Below are positions 8,620 to 18,516 of a DNA stretch of 64,000 nt, piece after piece (the first letter of the stretch is position 1; every line of letters begins with the position of its first letter). Source of the DNA: an uncultured Acidobacteriota bacterium. GTDB lineage: Bacteria > Acidobacteriota > UBA6911. Below the pieces are notes generated by a model. The model did not search any database and was not told the origin of the DNA. It saw nothing but the letters and a program-made list of their open reading frames with translations. The stretch is taken from NCBI GenBank assembly GCA_964481255.1, contig CAYZTZ010000002.1, positions 39,131 through 103,130 on the forward strand. Reading direction: 5' to 3'. The translations under genes were made by a program, and so were the position numbers.

Positions 8620-9856
8620 AGAGCCGGCAGGAAATCTCCCATCCTTACTGCGGAACAAGGCCGAAAGGGCCGCGTTTCTGGCGCTGGCGGGGTCTGTCGG
8701 CATGTCCCTGATTTCAATCGCGGCGTCCGAAATCCTGCTTTTCGCCGCGGCGTTGTTCTGCGCGTTCGTCTACGGGCAACAAGCGGGACCCGTGCCCCCC
8801 GGGAAAAAGATTCTCCTGCCGCTTTTCGCCTTTATGGCATGGACGCTTATCGCCGCGATGGCATCTTCGAACGTCCTGCCCGGACTGACCGCGGCCAAAA
8901 AATTCTATCTCCTTCTCCTTGTGCCGATGGTCCCGCTCATTTTGCGGAAGGAAGGCAGGGTCCTCCGGATCTACATGTCCGTTTTCGCCGCCGCCCTGAT
9001 CGCATCTCTCTACGGTCTGGTTCAGTTTGCAGCCGATCCTCACCGGGATTTGCTGCACCGCATTTCGGGCTTTTCGAGCCAGTGGATGACCTATTCCGGG
9101 CTGCTGATGCTCGCGCTCGCGATGCTTGCCTCCTATGCGCTGTGCCTCGGGGTGCGGCGCCGCCTCTGGATTGTCCCAACGGCCGCCGCCGTCCTTCTGG
9201 CTCTCTTATGCTCCCAGACCCGCAGCACCGCCATGGGCGCGATGGTGGGAGTCGCCGTTGTAATCCTCATCCGGAAGCCCCGGTCCATCGCCGCCCTGAT
9301 CGCAGCCCTCCTGATCTTCTATCTCCTGGCGCCGTCCGGGATCCAGGAAAGGTTCAAGTCCGGGCTCAATCCGGAGGACCCCAACACGCGCAACCGCATC
9401 GAGCTTTTCCAGACCGCCGTGCGGCTGATCCGGCATCATCCGTGGCTGGGTGTCGGTCCGCAGAACGTGAAGGTCGAGGCGCTGAAGTATCGCGGAAGCG
9501 ACAGCGCCCAATACCCGGATTGGATGTATCAGCATATGCATAACAACTTCCTCCAGATTGCATCGGCGACCGGATTGCCGGGCCTTGCGATCTGGCTCTG
9601 GTTCATGACCCGTCTTGCGTGGGACGCGCTTGGAACCTATCGTTCGGCCCTGCGGCGCACCCTGTATCCGACGGGCGAGGAGCACCGCAAAGAGGCTTTG
9701 ATGGCATCATCCGCCGCCCTGGGCGCCCTGGCGGCCCTGATGGTCGCGGGGCTCTTCGAGTATAATTTCGGCGATTCCGAGGTGCTCATCCTGTTCCTTT
9801 TCATCGTCAGCGCTCCCTACTCTTTCCCGACCTTCGAGCGCGGCCGGGTTCCCTAA
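8612..9856 (+). CDS. O-antigen ligase-like (Wzy_C / WaaL family) polytopic membrane protein
   Basis: The start ATG at 8612 overlaps the upstream stop (ATGTTTAA). There are more than 10 hydrophobic helices. The loop WMYQHMHNNFLQIASATGLPG is typical of the Wzy_C domain. The 526-aa track ORF is an N-terminal over-extension. Confidence 0.75.
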   Translation: MFKEPAGNLPSLLRNKAERAAFLALAGSVGMSLISIAASEILLFAAALFCAFVYGQQAGPVPPGKKILLPLFAFMAWTLIAAMASSNVLPGLTAAKKFYLLLLVPMVPLILRKEGRVLRIYMSVFAAALIASLYGLVQFAADPHRDLLHRISGFSSQWMTYSGLLMLALAMLASYALCLGVRRRLWIVPTAAAVLLALLCSQTRSTAMGAMVGVAVVILIRKPRSIAALIAALLIFYLLAPSGIQERFKSGLNPEDPNTRNRIELFQTAVRLIRHHPWLGVGPQNVKVEALKYRGSDSAQYPDWMYQHMHNNFLQIASATGLPGLAIWLWFMTRLAWDALGTYRSALRRTLYPTGEEHRKEALMASSAALGALAALMVAGLFEYNFGDSEVLILFLFIVSAPYSFPTFERGRVP

Positions 9857-10182
9857 GCCGGCGGATCGAGGTATAATCCCCTCCGGCCGCAGGGGGAGCG
9901 GTAGCTTCCGAAATCTCAGGCGTTTCGAACCTGTGATGCGATCCGGGAACCGGCCGCGCTTTCAAGGCAAACCGCAGAGACCCCCTAAAACAGAGATGCT
10001 TCAGGATACTGGAAGGCCTCGTAGTTGAAGAGGAAGCCGCACCGGCAGGCTGGGGATGCCCTCCGGACCGGCGCTTCCGACAATATGGGCTTTGGAAGCA
10101 GCCCCTGAAGGGTCTCACCAATGAGGCAAGGGGATGTCGCGCCGGCGTCAGGACGCACTCCCGTCTGCGGGAAGGGTTCCTA

Positions 10183-11316
10183 TTGAAAATCGCAATTCTT
10201 GGAACGCGAGGCATCCCGGCAAACTACGGCGGATTCGAAACGTTCGCCGAGGAATGCGCGGCCGGGCTTGTCGGGCGCGGTCACGAGGTTACCGTCTACG
10301 GCCGTTCCCATTATGTGCCGAAGGGGCTTCGCTCGCATCGCGGCGCCCGGCTTGTCGTGCTCCCGACCGTGAAGTCGAAATATACGGACACGGTGATTCA
10401 TTCCTTTCTGGCCGTGATCCATGCGCTCTTCCAGAAATACGACGTCATCCTTATGTGCAACGCCGCCAACAGCGTCTATGCCTGGCTGCCCAGGGTCTTC
10501 GGAACCCCGGTGGTGCTGAACGTGGACGGCATCGAAAGGCTCCGGCGGAAATGGAACCGTCTGGGTAAGGCCTACTACCGCCTGTGCGAGCGCCTCTCCA
10601 TCCGGTTCGCCAGCGTCATTGTCGCCGACGCGCGCGTGATCGAGCGCTACTACAGGGAGCAATACGGCGCGCCCTCGGTTTTCATCCCTTACGGCACGTC
10701 CACGGACAGGCCGCAAAGCCGGGAGGCTCTGGATCGATGGGGACTGGCGCCGGGGAACTATTTCCTCTACGTGGGCCGTTTCGAGCCGGAAAACAACGCC
10801 CTCCTGGTCGTCCGGGCTTTCGAGAAAGTGAAGACGTCGAAAAGCCTGGTCGTGGTGGGCGACGCCCCTTACGCCCAAGACTATATCCGGATGGTCCGCG
10901 CGACGCGCGACCCGCGGATCCTTTTTCCCGGAGCGGTTTATGGAGCGGCGTACCGGCAGCTGCAGGCGAACGCCTTTTGCTACGTGCACGCGACGGAGGT
11001 CGGGGGCTCGCACCCGGCTCTGATCGAAGCCATGGGATCGGGAAATATCATCATCGCGAACGCAACGCCTGAGAACGCGGAAGTCCTTGGCGGCGCCGGG
11101 ATTCTGTATCGGGAAAACGATGTTCACGACCTGGCGCGGCGGCTCCAGGAGGTGGCCGACAATCCTGACGGCTACGCCTCTTTGCGGTCCGCAGCCTTGG
11201 AACGCGCCCGCAGCGCCTATTCCTGGGACAGAGTGATCGGCCGTTACGAACAGCTGTTTATCGAGTTGACGTCGCCGCCGGGGGAAGAGGTGAAGCGCGG
11301 ATCCGCCCGGACATAA
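10183..11316 (+). CDS. Glycosyltransferase (DUF1972-type N-terminus plus GT1/GT4 C-terminus)
   Basis: MKIAILGTRGIPANYGGFETFAEE is the characteristic DUF1972 start. The C-terminal segment is GGSHPALIEAMGSG. The start codon is TTG. Confidence 0.8.
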   Translation: MKIAILGTRGIPANYGGFETFAEECAAGLVGRGHEVTVYGRSHYVPKGLRSHRGARLVVLPTVKSKYTDTVIHSFLAVIHALFQKYDVILMCNAANSVYAWLPRVFGTPVVLNVDGIERLRRKWNRLGKAYYRLCERLSIRFASVIVADARVIERYYREQYGAPSVFIPYGTSTDRPQSREALDRWGLAPGNYFLYVGRFEPENNALLVVRAFEKVKTSKSLVVVGDAPYAQDYIRMVRATRDPRILFPGAVYGAAYRQLQANAFCYVHATEVGGSHPALIEAMGSGNIIIANATPENAEVLGGAGILYRENDVHDLARRLQEVADNPDGYASLRSAALERARSAYSWDRVIGRYEQLFIELTSPPGEEVKRGSART

Positions 11317-11493
11317 GGGACGCGCCGAAACGATCTGTGCCAATCCGCCGCAATTCAGGCGGGGATTCTCCCGGGGCGGCGATTTTCGAATCCGGCGGCA
11401 GGCGCCGCGGATCCCCGGTCCGGCTGAACCGCGGCCGGCGTCCTGCCTTCGCGTAAGAAACGGCCGCGCTTGGGAGGTTCAGGGTCTTCGCTC

Positions 11494-11502
11494 TGGTATA
11501 AT
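11494..11502 (+). promoter_or_regulatory. Candidate extended -10 promoter element (TGgTATAAT) for the wzm-wzt operon
   Basis: TG at 11494-11495 and TATAAT at 11497-11502. GAGG at 11516-11519 and the ATG at 11526 follow at appropriate spacing. Confidence 0.35.
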
Positions 11503-11525
11503 GCGCGGCTTGCTTGAGGTTCGGC

Positions 11526-12368
11526 ATGCACGTCCAAAAAAGCGTTCATCCCGTCCTGGTTCCCTGGGTCATTCTCGCCAATTTCCTGCACAAGATCTAC
11601 ATCCAGCGCGGCCTGATACGCAATTTCGTCGCGAGGGATCTGAAGGCGCGCTACATCGGCTCTTTCATGGGCTTTTTCTGGAGCGTGATCCACCCGATCG
11701 TGCTTCTGGTCAGCTACACCTTCGTTTTTTCCATCATATTCGGATTGCGTCCCCTGCCCGACAGCGGCACGACCAGTTTTCCGCTCTTTCTCTTCTGCAG
11801 CATCCTGCCGTGGCTTTTTTTCCAGGAAACCCTCCAGCGGTCCAGCACGATCCTGATCGAGAATTCCAATCTCATCACCAGGACTCTATTCCCCAGCGAG
11901 ATCCTGCCTCTGGCCGTGATGCTCGCCGGACTGGTCAACCACTTGATCGGGTTCGCCATACTCCTTTGCATCCTCCTCTTCACGCTGGGGAAAGTGAGCC
12001 TTTTCATTTTGCTCGTCCCCGTGTATTTCCTGCTACTGATGCTCTTTACACTGGGGCTTTCGTGGTTTGTCTCGAGCCTCAACGTGTTCGTGCGCGACGT
12101 CTCGCAGGTTCTCAGCGTCGTCCTGACATTCTGGTTCTGGTTTACGCCGATCTTTTATTCCACCGAGCGCTTCCCCCCCAAGATGCTGTTTCTGGTGCGG
12201 CTGAATCCTTTGGCTCATGTGGTGGCCGGCTACCGCGACTGCCTTTTGCGCATGCGTATGCCGGACCTCGGCGTCCTCGCGATTCTGGCGGCGGTTTCGC
12301 TTCTGGTTTTCGCAGCCGGGGGATTGTTCTTCCGAAAAACGAAACGCGACTTTGTGGATGTCCTCTGA
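11526..12368 (+). CDS. wzm: Polysaccharide ABC exporter permease (ABC-2 type, Wzm-like)
   Basis: Six hydrophobic helices and the N-terminal RNFVARDLKARYIGSFMGFFWSVIHP signature of ABC-2 permeases. The ATG at 11526 has a GAGG 6 nt upstream. The track start at 11514 is TTG. Confidence 0.85.
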   Translation: MHVQKSVHPVLVPWVILANFLHKIYIQRGLIRNFVARDLKARYIGSFMGFFWSVIHPIVLLVSYTFVFSIIFGLRPLPDSGTTSFPLFLFCSILPWLFFQETLQRSSTILIENSNLITRTLFPSEILPLAVMLAGLVNHLIGFAILLCILLFTLGKVSLFILLVPVYFLLLMLFTLGLSWFVSSLNVFVRDVSQVLSVVLTFWFWFTPIFYSTERFPPKMLFLVRLNPLAHVVAGYRDCLLRMRMPDLGVLAILAAVSLLVFAAGGLFFRKTKRDFVDVL

Positions 12369-13714
12369 TGCCCGCGATCCAAGTCCGTCATCTGTCGAAG
12401 AAGTACCGAATCTATAAGCGTCCCTGGGACAAACTCCGCGAAGCCATGGGGCTGGCATCCGGGGAATATCATCGGGAGTTCTGGGCCCTGAAGGACGTCT
12501 CCTTCGATCTCGAATCGGGACGAACCCTCGGCGTCATTGGCGCCAACGGCTCCGGCAAGAGCACGCTCCTGCAGATCCTGGCCGGCATCATGCGCCAGAC
12601 CGCCGGCGACTGTCATGTGACGGGGAAGGTTTCGGCGCTGCTGGAACTCGGATCGGGATTCAACCCGGAATTTACAGGACGGGAAAACGTTTTCATGAAC
12701 GGAGCCATCCTGGGTCTCGACTCCCGGGAGATGGAAAAGCGCTTCGACGCGATCGCTGAATTCGCCGAGATCGGCGATTTCATGGACCAGCCCGTCAAGA
12801 CCTATTCCAGCGGCATGTTCATGCGCCTGGCGTTCGCCGTCTCCGTCAATGTGGACCCGGACATCCTTCTTGTGGACGAGGCCCTCTCGGTCGGAGACCT
12901 CATTTTTCAGCACCGGTGCATGCACCGCATGAACCGTTTGCGCGAGAGCGGAAAGACCATCGTTTTGGTGACTCACGATCTGGACGCGGTGATCAAATTC
13001 TGCGACAGCGCCCTTCTGCTGGACGCCGGCGTTGTCCTGGAACGAGGAAAACCGGACATGGTCGTTCAGAAGTACCGGGCGCTCACCTTCGAACGGGAAC
13101 GCCGCCGCGGTGGATACGAGGGCGCCCCGCGCCTCCCCGGCGAAGGGATCGTCGTCCGGCCGGAAGATGAAATGCCCGTGGCGCGATCCATTCCCAATAT
13201 CGACCATCGTTTCGGAAACGGCGAAGCCGCGGTGATAGGAGTGGCGTTGTTGGACGCGAGGGGCCGCGTCATATCGGAAGCCTCCGGCGGCGAAACGGTC
13301 GTCATCCGCATCTCCGCCCGCTTCCACAGGGATGTCGATCAGCCCATCCTGGGGTATACCCTTCGAGACCGCCTGGGAGTCGAAATGTCCGCCTGCAACA
13401 CGTCCTACGCGGGACGCCACCTGCCCCGGGCCCGGAAAGACCAGGTCGTCACCAGCGATTTTTATGTGACACTGCCCCGTCTCGCGCCCGGCAGTTACTC
13501 GATCTCCCCAGCGGTGGCCAAGGGCAGCCTCCTGCACCACGACATGTGCGACTGGATCGACAACGCACTGGTCTTTACCATTCATTCGCAGAATCTGGTT
13601 TACGGTATGATGCAGATGGACGTCGACGTGCGCAGCTATATGTCGCCTCTCGCGGATGACGAAGAAACGCCGGGCCGTCCGCCGAGCCCCGGCATCATCC
13701 GCCCGGGCGCCTAG
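12368..13714 (+). CDS. wzt: Polysaccharide ABC exporter ATP-binding protein with a C-terminal Wzt_C-type domain
   Basis: ATGA stop/start overlap with wzm. Walker A GANGSGKST, signature YSSGM, Walker B ILLVDEALSVGD. An extra tail of about 200 aa (DHRFGNGEAAVIGVALLDARGRV...GSYSISPAVA...DWIDNALVFTI) resembles Wzt C-terminal jelly-roll domains. Confidence 0.9.
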   Translation: MPAIQVRHLSKKYRIYKRPWDKLREAMGLASGEYHREFWALKDVSFDLESGRTLGVIGANGSGKSTLLQILAGIMRQTAGDCHVTGKVSALLELGSGFNPEFTGRENVFMNGAILGLDSREMEKRFDAIAEFAEIGDFMDQPVKTYSSGMFMRLAFAVSVNVDPDILLVDEALSVGDLIFQHRCMHRMNRLRESGKTIVLVTHDLDAVIKFCDSALLLDAGVVLERGKPDMVVQKYRALTFERERRRGGYEGAPRLPGEGIVVRPEDEMPVARSIPNIDHRFGNGEAAVIGVALLDARGRVISEASGGETVVIRISARFHRDVDQPILGYTLRDRLGVEMSACNTSYAGRHLPRARKDQVVTSDFYVTLPRLAPGSYSISPAVAKGSLLHHDMCDWIDNALVFTIHSQNLVYGMMQMDVDVRSYMSPLADDEETPGRPPSPGIIRPGA

Positions 13715-13740
13715 TACTCGAACTGCGGCGTTTCCAAACG

Positions 13741-16068
13741 GTGCGGCCGCCTGTGAGACCCTTGTTCCTGATTCTGATGACGGTGCTGTTTTCCCCGTTC
13801 CTGCTGGTCCTCTGGCTGATGCTGCTCGTCTGCAACCTGCTCGGCTCGCTCCGGAATCTCCGGCTGAAGCCCGCGCCGGCCGGCGACGCGCCCCCGTCGG
13901 GGCTCGCATCCATCGTGGTCCTGAATTGGAACGGCAGGGACCTCCTGGCCGAGGGGATTCCTTCGATTATGCAGGCTGTCAAAACCGACGGCCGTCCCCA
14001 CGAAATCCTCGTCGTCGATAACGGGAGCGCGGACGGATCCCGGGAATACCTCCGGCAGTTCCACCCGGATGTGCGCGTCCTCGCCCTGCCGCGAAACCTG
14101 GGCTTCGCCGAGGGCAACAACGAGGGAGTGCGCGCGGCGCGGCATGACGTGGTGATACTGCTCAACAACGACATGGTCGTGGACCCCGGTTTCATAAGGC
14201 CTCTTCTGGATGGGTTTCGTCCGGAGACCTTCGCCGTGTCAAGCCGGATTCTGATGCAGGATCGCTCCCTCGTCCGGCACGAGACGGGGAGGACGACGGC
14301 GGTTTTTCGCAGGGGAAGGATCGATCTCGGCCACCGCGACCTGGACGGCCCGCCCTTTCCCAGGGCTAACTATCCGGTATTTTGGGCGGGGGGCGGGGCT
14401 TCGGCCTTCCATCGTGAAAGATTCCTGGCTCTTGGAGGGTTCCGGAGGCTGTACTCCCCGGCCTACGTGGAGGACGCCGACCTGTCCTATCAGGCATGGA
14501 GCCTCGGCTGGGAAGTCACTCTGGCGCCCGAGTCCGTCGTCTATCACAAGCACCGCGCGAGCAGCCTGCGGCGCTTCAGCCCGTCCGAATTGCAGGTCCT
14601 CGTCTCGCGCAATCATTTTCTATTTCTATGGACGAACATATACGACTGGACCATGCTCCTGAGTCACGGGCTTTTTCTGCCGTGGAACTGCTACAGGCTC
14701 ACCAGGGACCACGGGGTTTTCCTCTGGAAAAGCGTTCTTCAGGCGGCGGGCTCCATACCGTCGGTTCTCGCGGCGCGTTTGCGGGTCCCTTTCCGCCGCC
14801 TCCTGGACGATCGGCGGATTTTCGAGCTCGCTTCAAAACCCGGATTGTTTTACGGCGCGCGCGAAAACGCAGGCCGGGGGAAAGGGGCTGCCGCCTGCGG
14901 CAAACCGCGCGTTCTCTGGCTCACGGCATATCTTCCGCACCTGGGACGCCACGCGGGGGCAGGACGGATGTTCCACTTGCTGAAGCGCCTCGCCGGCAAT
15001 TATTCCATCACCCTGATTACCTTTATGGAAACGGAGGACGAAAAGGAATTCCTTCCTGAGTTGGAAGCCTTATGCGAAAAAGTGATCGCCGTGAGGCGCG
15101 CGCCGCCGCGCCGCTGGCAGCCCTTCCCCTACGAGCCCTTCGAAGCCTTCCGCACACCGGAAATGGAGCAGGCGCTGGACCGCTGTCTGGAGGAAGCCGA
15201 CTATAAACTTGTTCAGATGGAGTACAACCAGATGGCGCGCTACGCCGACAGAATCGGGCGCATCCCCAAACTGCTGACCAAGCACGAGGTCGATTTCGCC
15301 GCGTGCGCGCGCCGGGCGAAACTGGAATCCAATCCGCTCGCAAAGGCCCGCTGGTTCTATAATTATCTCCAGGTACTGGACAGAGAAACGGAGCTGACCC
15401 GCAAGGCGGACGCCGTCATCTGCCTGACCGATGTCGACGCCGAGGCGCTCGGGAGATTCTGTCCTTCCGTGCCCGTGCATGTGATCCCCACAGGCGTCGA
15501 CCTTGAGTATTTCCGTCCCCCGGACCGGCCGCCCGAGGCACCCCGCCTTGTATTCGTGGGCGCCTTTCAGCATTGGCCCAACGTCGACGCGATGCATTAT
15601 TTCTGCAGGCAGGTGCTCCCTCTGGTCCGCGCGCAAAGGCCGGACGTTGAACTGCTCATCGTCGGCAGCCGCCCCACGCCTCGCGTCACCTCCCTTTCAG
15701 AGATCCCCGGCGTTACGGTCACCGGGTGGGTTCCCGACATCCGCCCGTTTATGGCCCGAAGTTCGGTGTATGTCGTGCCTGTCCGTCTCGGAATGGGACT
15801 CCGCGGGAAGGTGCTCGAGGCATGGAGCATGCGGATGCCGGTCGTGTCCACCTCGGTCGGCTGCGCCGGGCTGCGGCGCGAACACGGCGGGAATATTCTT
15901 GTGGCGGACTCGGCGGCCGAGTTCGCTTCTCATATCGTATCCCTGTTCGCGGACCCGTCTCTGCGGCAAAAGCTGGGGGAGGAAGGCAGGAAGACCGCCG
16001 AGCGTTACTACGGCTGGGAGCGGGCGGCGCAGCAGCTGGACGCTCTCTACCGGGATTATCTGGATTGA
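13741..16068 (+). CDS. Bifunctional glycosyltransferase: N-terminal TM helix, GT2 domain and GT4 domain
   Basis: GT2 segments: IVVLNWNGRDLL...VVDNGSADGS...NLGFAEGNN...EDADLS. GT4 C-terminus: GLRGKVLEAWSMRMPVVSTSVG. Confidence 0.85.
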   Translation: MRPPVRPLFLILMTVLFSPFLLVLWLMLLVCNLLGSLRNLRLKPAPAGDAPPSGLASIVVLNWNGRDLLAEGIPSIMQAVKTDGRPHEILVVDNGSADGSREYLRQFHPDVRVLALPRNLGFAEGNNEGVRAARHDVVILLNNDMVVDPGFIRPLLDGFRPETFAVSSRILMQDRSLVRHETGRTTAVFRRGRIDLGHRDLDGPPFPRANYPVFWAGGGASAFHRERFLALGGFRRLYSPAYVEDADLSYQAWSLGWEVTLAPESVVYHKHRASSLRRFSPSELQVLVSRNHFLFLWTNIYDWTMLLSHGLFLPWNCYRLTRDHGVFLWKSVLQAAGSIPSVLAARLRVPFRRLLDDRRIFELASKPGLFYGARENAGRGKGAAACGKPRVLWLTAYLPHLGRHAGAGRMFHLLKRLAGNYSITLITFMETEDEKEFLPELEALCEKVIAVRRAPPRRWQPFPYEPFEAFRTPEMEQALDRCLEEADYKLVQMEYNQMARYADRIGRIPKLLTKHEVDFAACARRAKLESNPLAKARWFYNYLQVLDRETELTRKADAVICLTDVDAEALGRFCPSVPVHVIPTGVDLEYFRPPDRPPEAPRLVFVGAFQHWPNVDAMHYFCRQVLPLVRAQRPDVELLIVGSRPTPRVTSLSEIPGVTVTGWVPDIRPFMARSSVYVVPVRLGMGLRGKVLEAWSMRMPVVSTSVGCAGLRREHGGNILVADSAAEFASHIVSLFADPSLRQKLGEEGRKTAERYYGWERAAQQLDALYRDYLD

Positions 16069-16421
16069 TGTTCGGAGACGTGAATATTTTCGGGCGGGCG
16101 TGAACGCCATGGCGCCGATGGGCTCAGCCCGTCCTTCCTTAGGGACAACCGGGCGTCCGCTGCGGCCGGATACGGGGTCCAAAGACATGATACGGAATTT
16201 GCTGTCCCTGGCCCTCAAAGCCGTTGTGCTTCCCTTCCGCTTCCTGTGGCTGCTCGGCGTCTGGCTTCGGCTTCGCTATAGCGGCCGGAGAGCATCCAGT
16301 TCCAAATGATCGAAAGTGGGCGGCGGACATGTTCCGTCTGCCGAGGTCCATCCTTAGGGAATACATGCCAAAGGGCCCGCGCACGGGATCCGGCCCGCCG
16401 CTTCGGATGCCGTTGTCATGG

Positions 16422-17105
16422 TCAGTCCATGAAGGCATATTTCAGGATGAAATAGATGGCGGCGACACCGTCCTTCCATCCGATCTTCTTGCCCTCGGAA
16501 TAGTCCCGGCCGCTGTAAGATATAGGCACTTCATAAACCCGGAACCGCGCCTTGCCGATCTTTGCGGTGAATTCCGGCTCGAAACCGAAGCGATTCTCCC
16601 TCAGAGATATCCTTTTCAGAACATCCGCGCGGAACGCCTTGTAACAGGTTTCCATATCCGTAAGGTTCAGACCGGTAAACATATTCGACAGCGTCGTCAA
16701 GACGTGATTCCCCACCGAATGCCAGAAGAAAAGGACGCGGTGCGGTCCTCCCAGAAAGCGCGAACCATAGACGACATCCGCCTTGTCGGCCAAAATCGGC
16801 CCGATGAGATTCGGGTATTCGGCCGGGTCATATTCGAGGTCGGCGTCCTGAATAACCACGATGTCCCCGGACACCGCGGCGAAACCTGCGCGAAGCGCCG
16901 CACCCTTCCCCCTGTTCCTCTCCTGGAAGACGATTTTCAGGTCATCGGACGGCGGGATGGACTTGAGGATCTCACGAGTCCCGTCCGTCGAGCCGTCATC
17001 CACCATGATTATTTCCTTCGGAAGTGGGACCTTGCGGACGCGGTCCAGCACCTGCAAAACCGTCCCTTTTTCGTTATACACGGGAATAACCACCGATAGT
17101 TTCAT
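16422..17105 (-). CDS. Glycosyltransferase family 2 (polyprenyl-phosphate sugar synthase-like)
   Basis: 227 aa. Contains MKLSVVIPVYNEKGTV, VDDGSTDGT and IQDADLEYDP. Confidence 0.85.
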   Translation of the reverse strand: MKLSVVIPVYNEKGTVLQVLDRVRKVPLPKEIIMVDDGSTDGTREILKSIPPSDDLKIVFQERNRGKGAALRAGFAAVSGDIVVIQDADLEYDPAEYPNLIGPILADKADVVYGSRFLGGPHRVLFFWHSVGNHVLTTLSNMFTGLNLTDMETCYKAFRADVLKRISLRENRFGFEPEFTAKIGKARFRVYEVPISYSGRDYSEGKKIGWKDGVAAIYFILKYAFMD

Positions 17106-17435
17106 ATCGCGCGCCCTGGAAAACAGCTATAATAGCCCAGGGGGGCGAGCATAGGAACAAGGATATTAAGGCTCCAACGCGATCGTCCGCAGTTCCCGAC
17201 CGTCCGGCCCATGCGGGCCCGCGGACGGCCGGTTCGAAGGCATGACCCGCGCCGATCCGGTTCCCGCGGGCGGATGGGATTTGTCGCAATAGCCGCCAAG
17301 GACATGAATCGGACGGTTCCCGCGAAGGGCGTTTCCAGGTGTGGAATTCGTGCAGTCATCGGCTTCCGTTTTTTCCACGGCCTCCCGGCTTTTCCGCGGT
17401 CGGCCCTTGATCCGGACTCGGCCTGAGGCTGCGTC

Positions 17436-18479
17436 ATGAGGTTCATGCAGAACTCCCCGAGGATTTCGATCATCATACCGAACCACAACGGCTGCGGATA
17501 TCTGGAGAATTGCCTCCGTTCCCTGCTGGCGCAGACCCATGCGCCGATGGAGATCGTGATCGTGGACAACGCCTCCTCCGACCGCTCGGTTGAGGTCGCC
17601 GCGGCGCTTGCGCCCCAGGCGATTTTGCTGCGGCAAAAGGAGAATCTGGGATTCGCCGGGGGCGCCAACGCCGGGATTCGAGCAGCGAGGGGAGATTGGG
17701 TGGCGATTCTCAACAACGACACCGAAGCGGCGGCCGATTGGCTGTCGGAATGCGCGCGGGCCGTCCAGGATCATCCGGACGCGTCGTTTCTGGCGTGCAA
17801 GATATTCGATTTCCGCGACCGCGGGCTTCTTTACAGCGCCGGGGATTGCTTTCTCCGGGCCGGCATAGGCTATCGGCGGGGGCAGGAACAGAGGGACCGC
17901 CCGGATTTAAGCATGGAATGCGAGATATTCTCCGCCTCGGGATGCGCGGCGCTATACAGCGCCCGCGCTCTCCGAGAAGCCGGGGGATTCGACGAGCGTT
18001 TTTTCGCGTACCTCGAGGACGTGGACCTGGGACTGAGGCTCCAGGCCGCGGGCCATCGCGGCTATTACGTACCCAGCGCGGAAGTGTATCACCACGGAGC
18101 GGCGACCAGCGGCGGCGAGTTCTCCCCTCTGGCGGTTCGCCTGCGGACCCGCAACGCATTGTTGCTTTTGCTCAAGAGCATGCCTGTTCCCATGCTGCTG
18201 CGATGGATGCCCCTGATACTTTTCGCCCAGGCGGCCTGGCTCATCCGCGCGGCGCGCCATGGACGGCTGGTTCCCTACATCCGGGGCCTGGCGGAAGCTT
18301 TCCGACTCGCCCCGGCGATGGTCCGCGCAAGGCGCAGCCTGCGGAGGCACTGGCGGGGTTTGCTGCCGCGGCTACGGCATAGGATCCTGCAGTCCGAGGC
18401 CATGGCGCGCCGGGATTTTCAGCCGCCGCAGGCGCAAGGCGCGTCCCTTTTCCTGAAGCTGTACTTCCGCCTGTTCTGA
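17436..18479 (+). CDS. Glycosyltransferase family 2
   Basis: Contains ISIIIPNHNG, VDNASSDRS, ENLGFAGGANAG and YLEDVDLGLR. Confidence 0.85.
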   Translation: MRFMQNSPRISIIIPNHNGCGYLENCLRSLLAQTHAPMEIVIVDNASSDRSVEVAAALAPQAILLRQKENLGFAGGANAGIRAARGDWVAILNNDTEAAADWLSECARAVQDHPDASFLACKIFDFRDRGLLYSAGDCFLRAGIGYRRGQEQRDRPDLSMECEIFSASGCAALYSARALREAGGFDERFFAYLEDVDLGLRLQAAGHRGYYVPSAEVYHHGAATSGGEFSPLAVRLRTRNALLLLLKSMPVPMLLRWMPLILFAQAAWLIRAARHGRLVPYIRGLAEAFRLAPAMVRARRSLRRHWRGLLPRLRHRILQSEAMARRDFQPPQAQGASLFLKLYFRLF

Positions 18480-18516
18480 AAAGGCGCGGCGGCGCCGTAA
18501 AGAAACGGAGTCCACG

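Noticed and set aside
9856-10182. The 327-nt spacer after the ligase-like gene, with a TATAAT at 9872-9877 and a CCCCT...AGGGG hairpin.
   Set aside because: TATAAT also occurs inside CDSs in this window (for example at 9761, 15357 and 53068), so a lone hexamer without a -35 element is not evidence of a promoter. The hairpin is short and lacks a U-tract.
11501-13714. The 737-aa track ORF, which looks like a giant fusion across wzm and wzt.
   Set aside because: Its first 289 codons are an out-of-frame read-through of the wzm region. The ABC ATPase clearly starts at the ATG at 12368, which overlaps the wzm stop.
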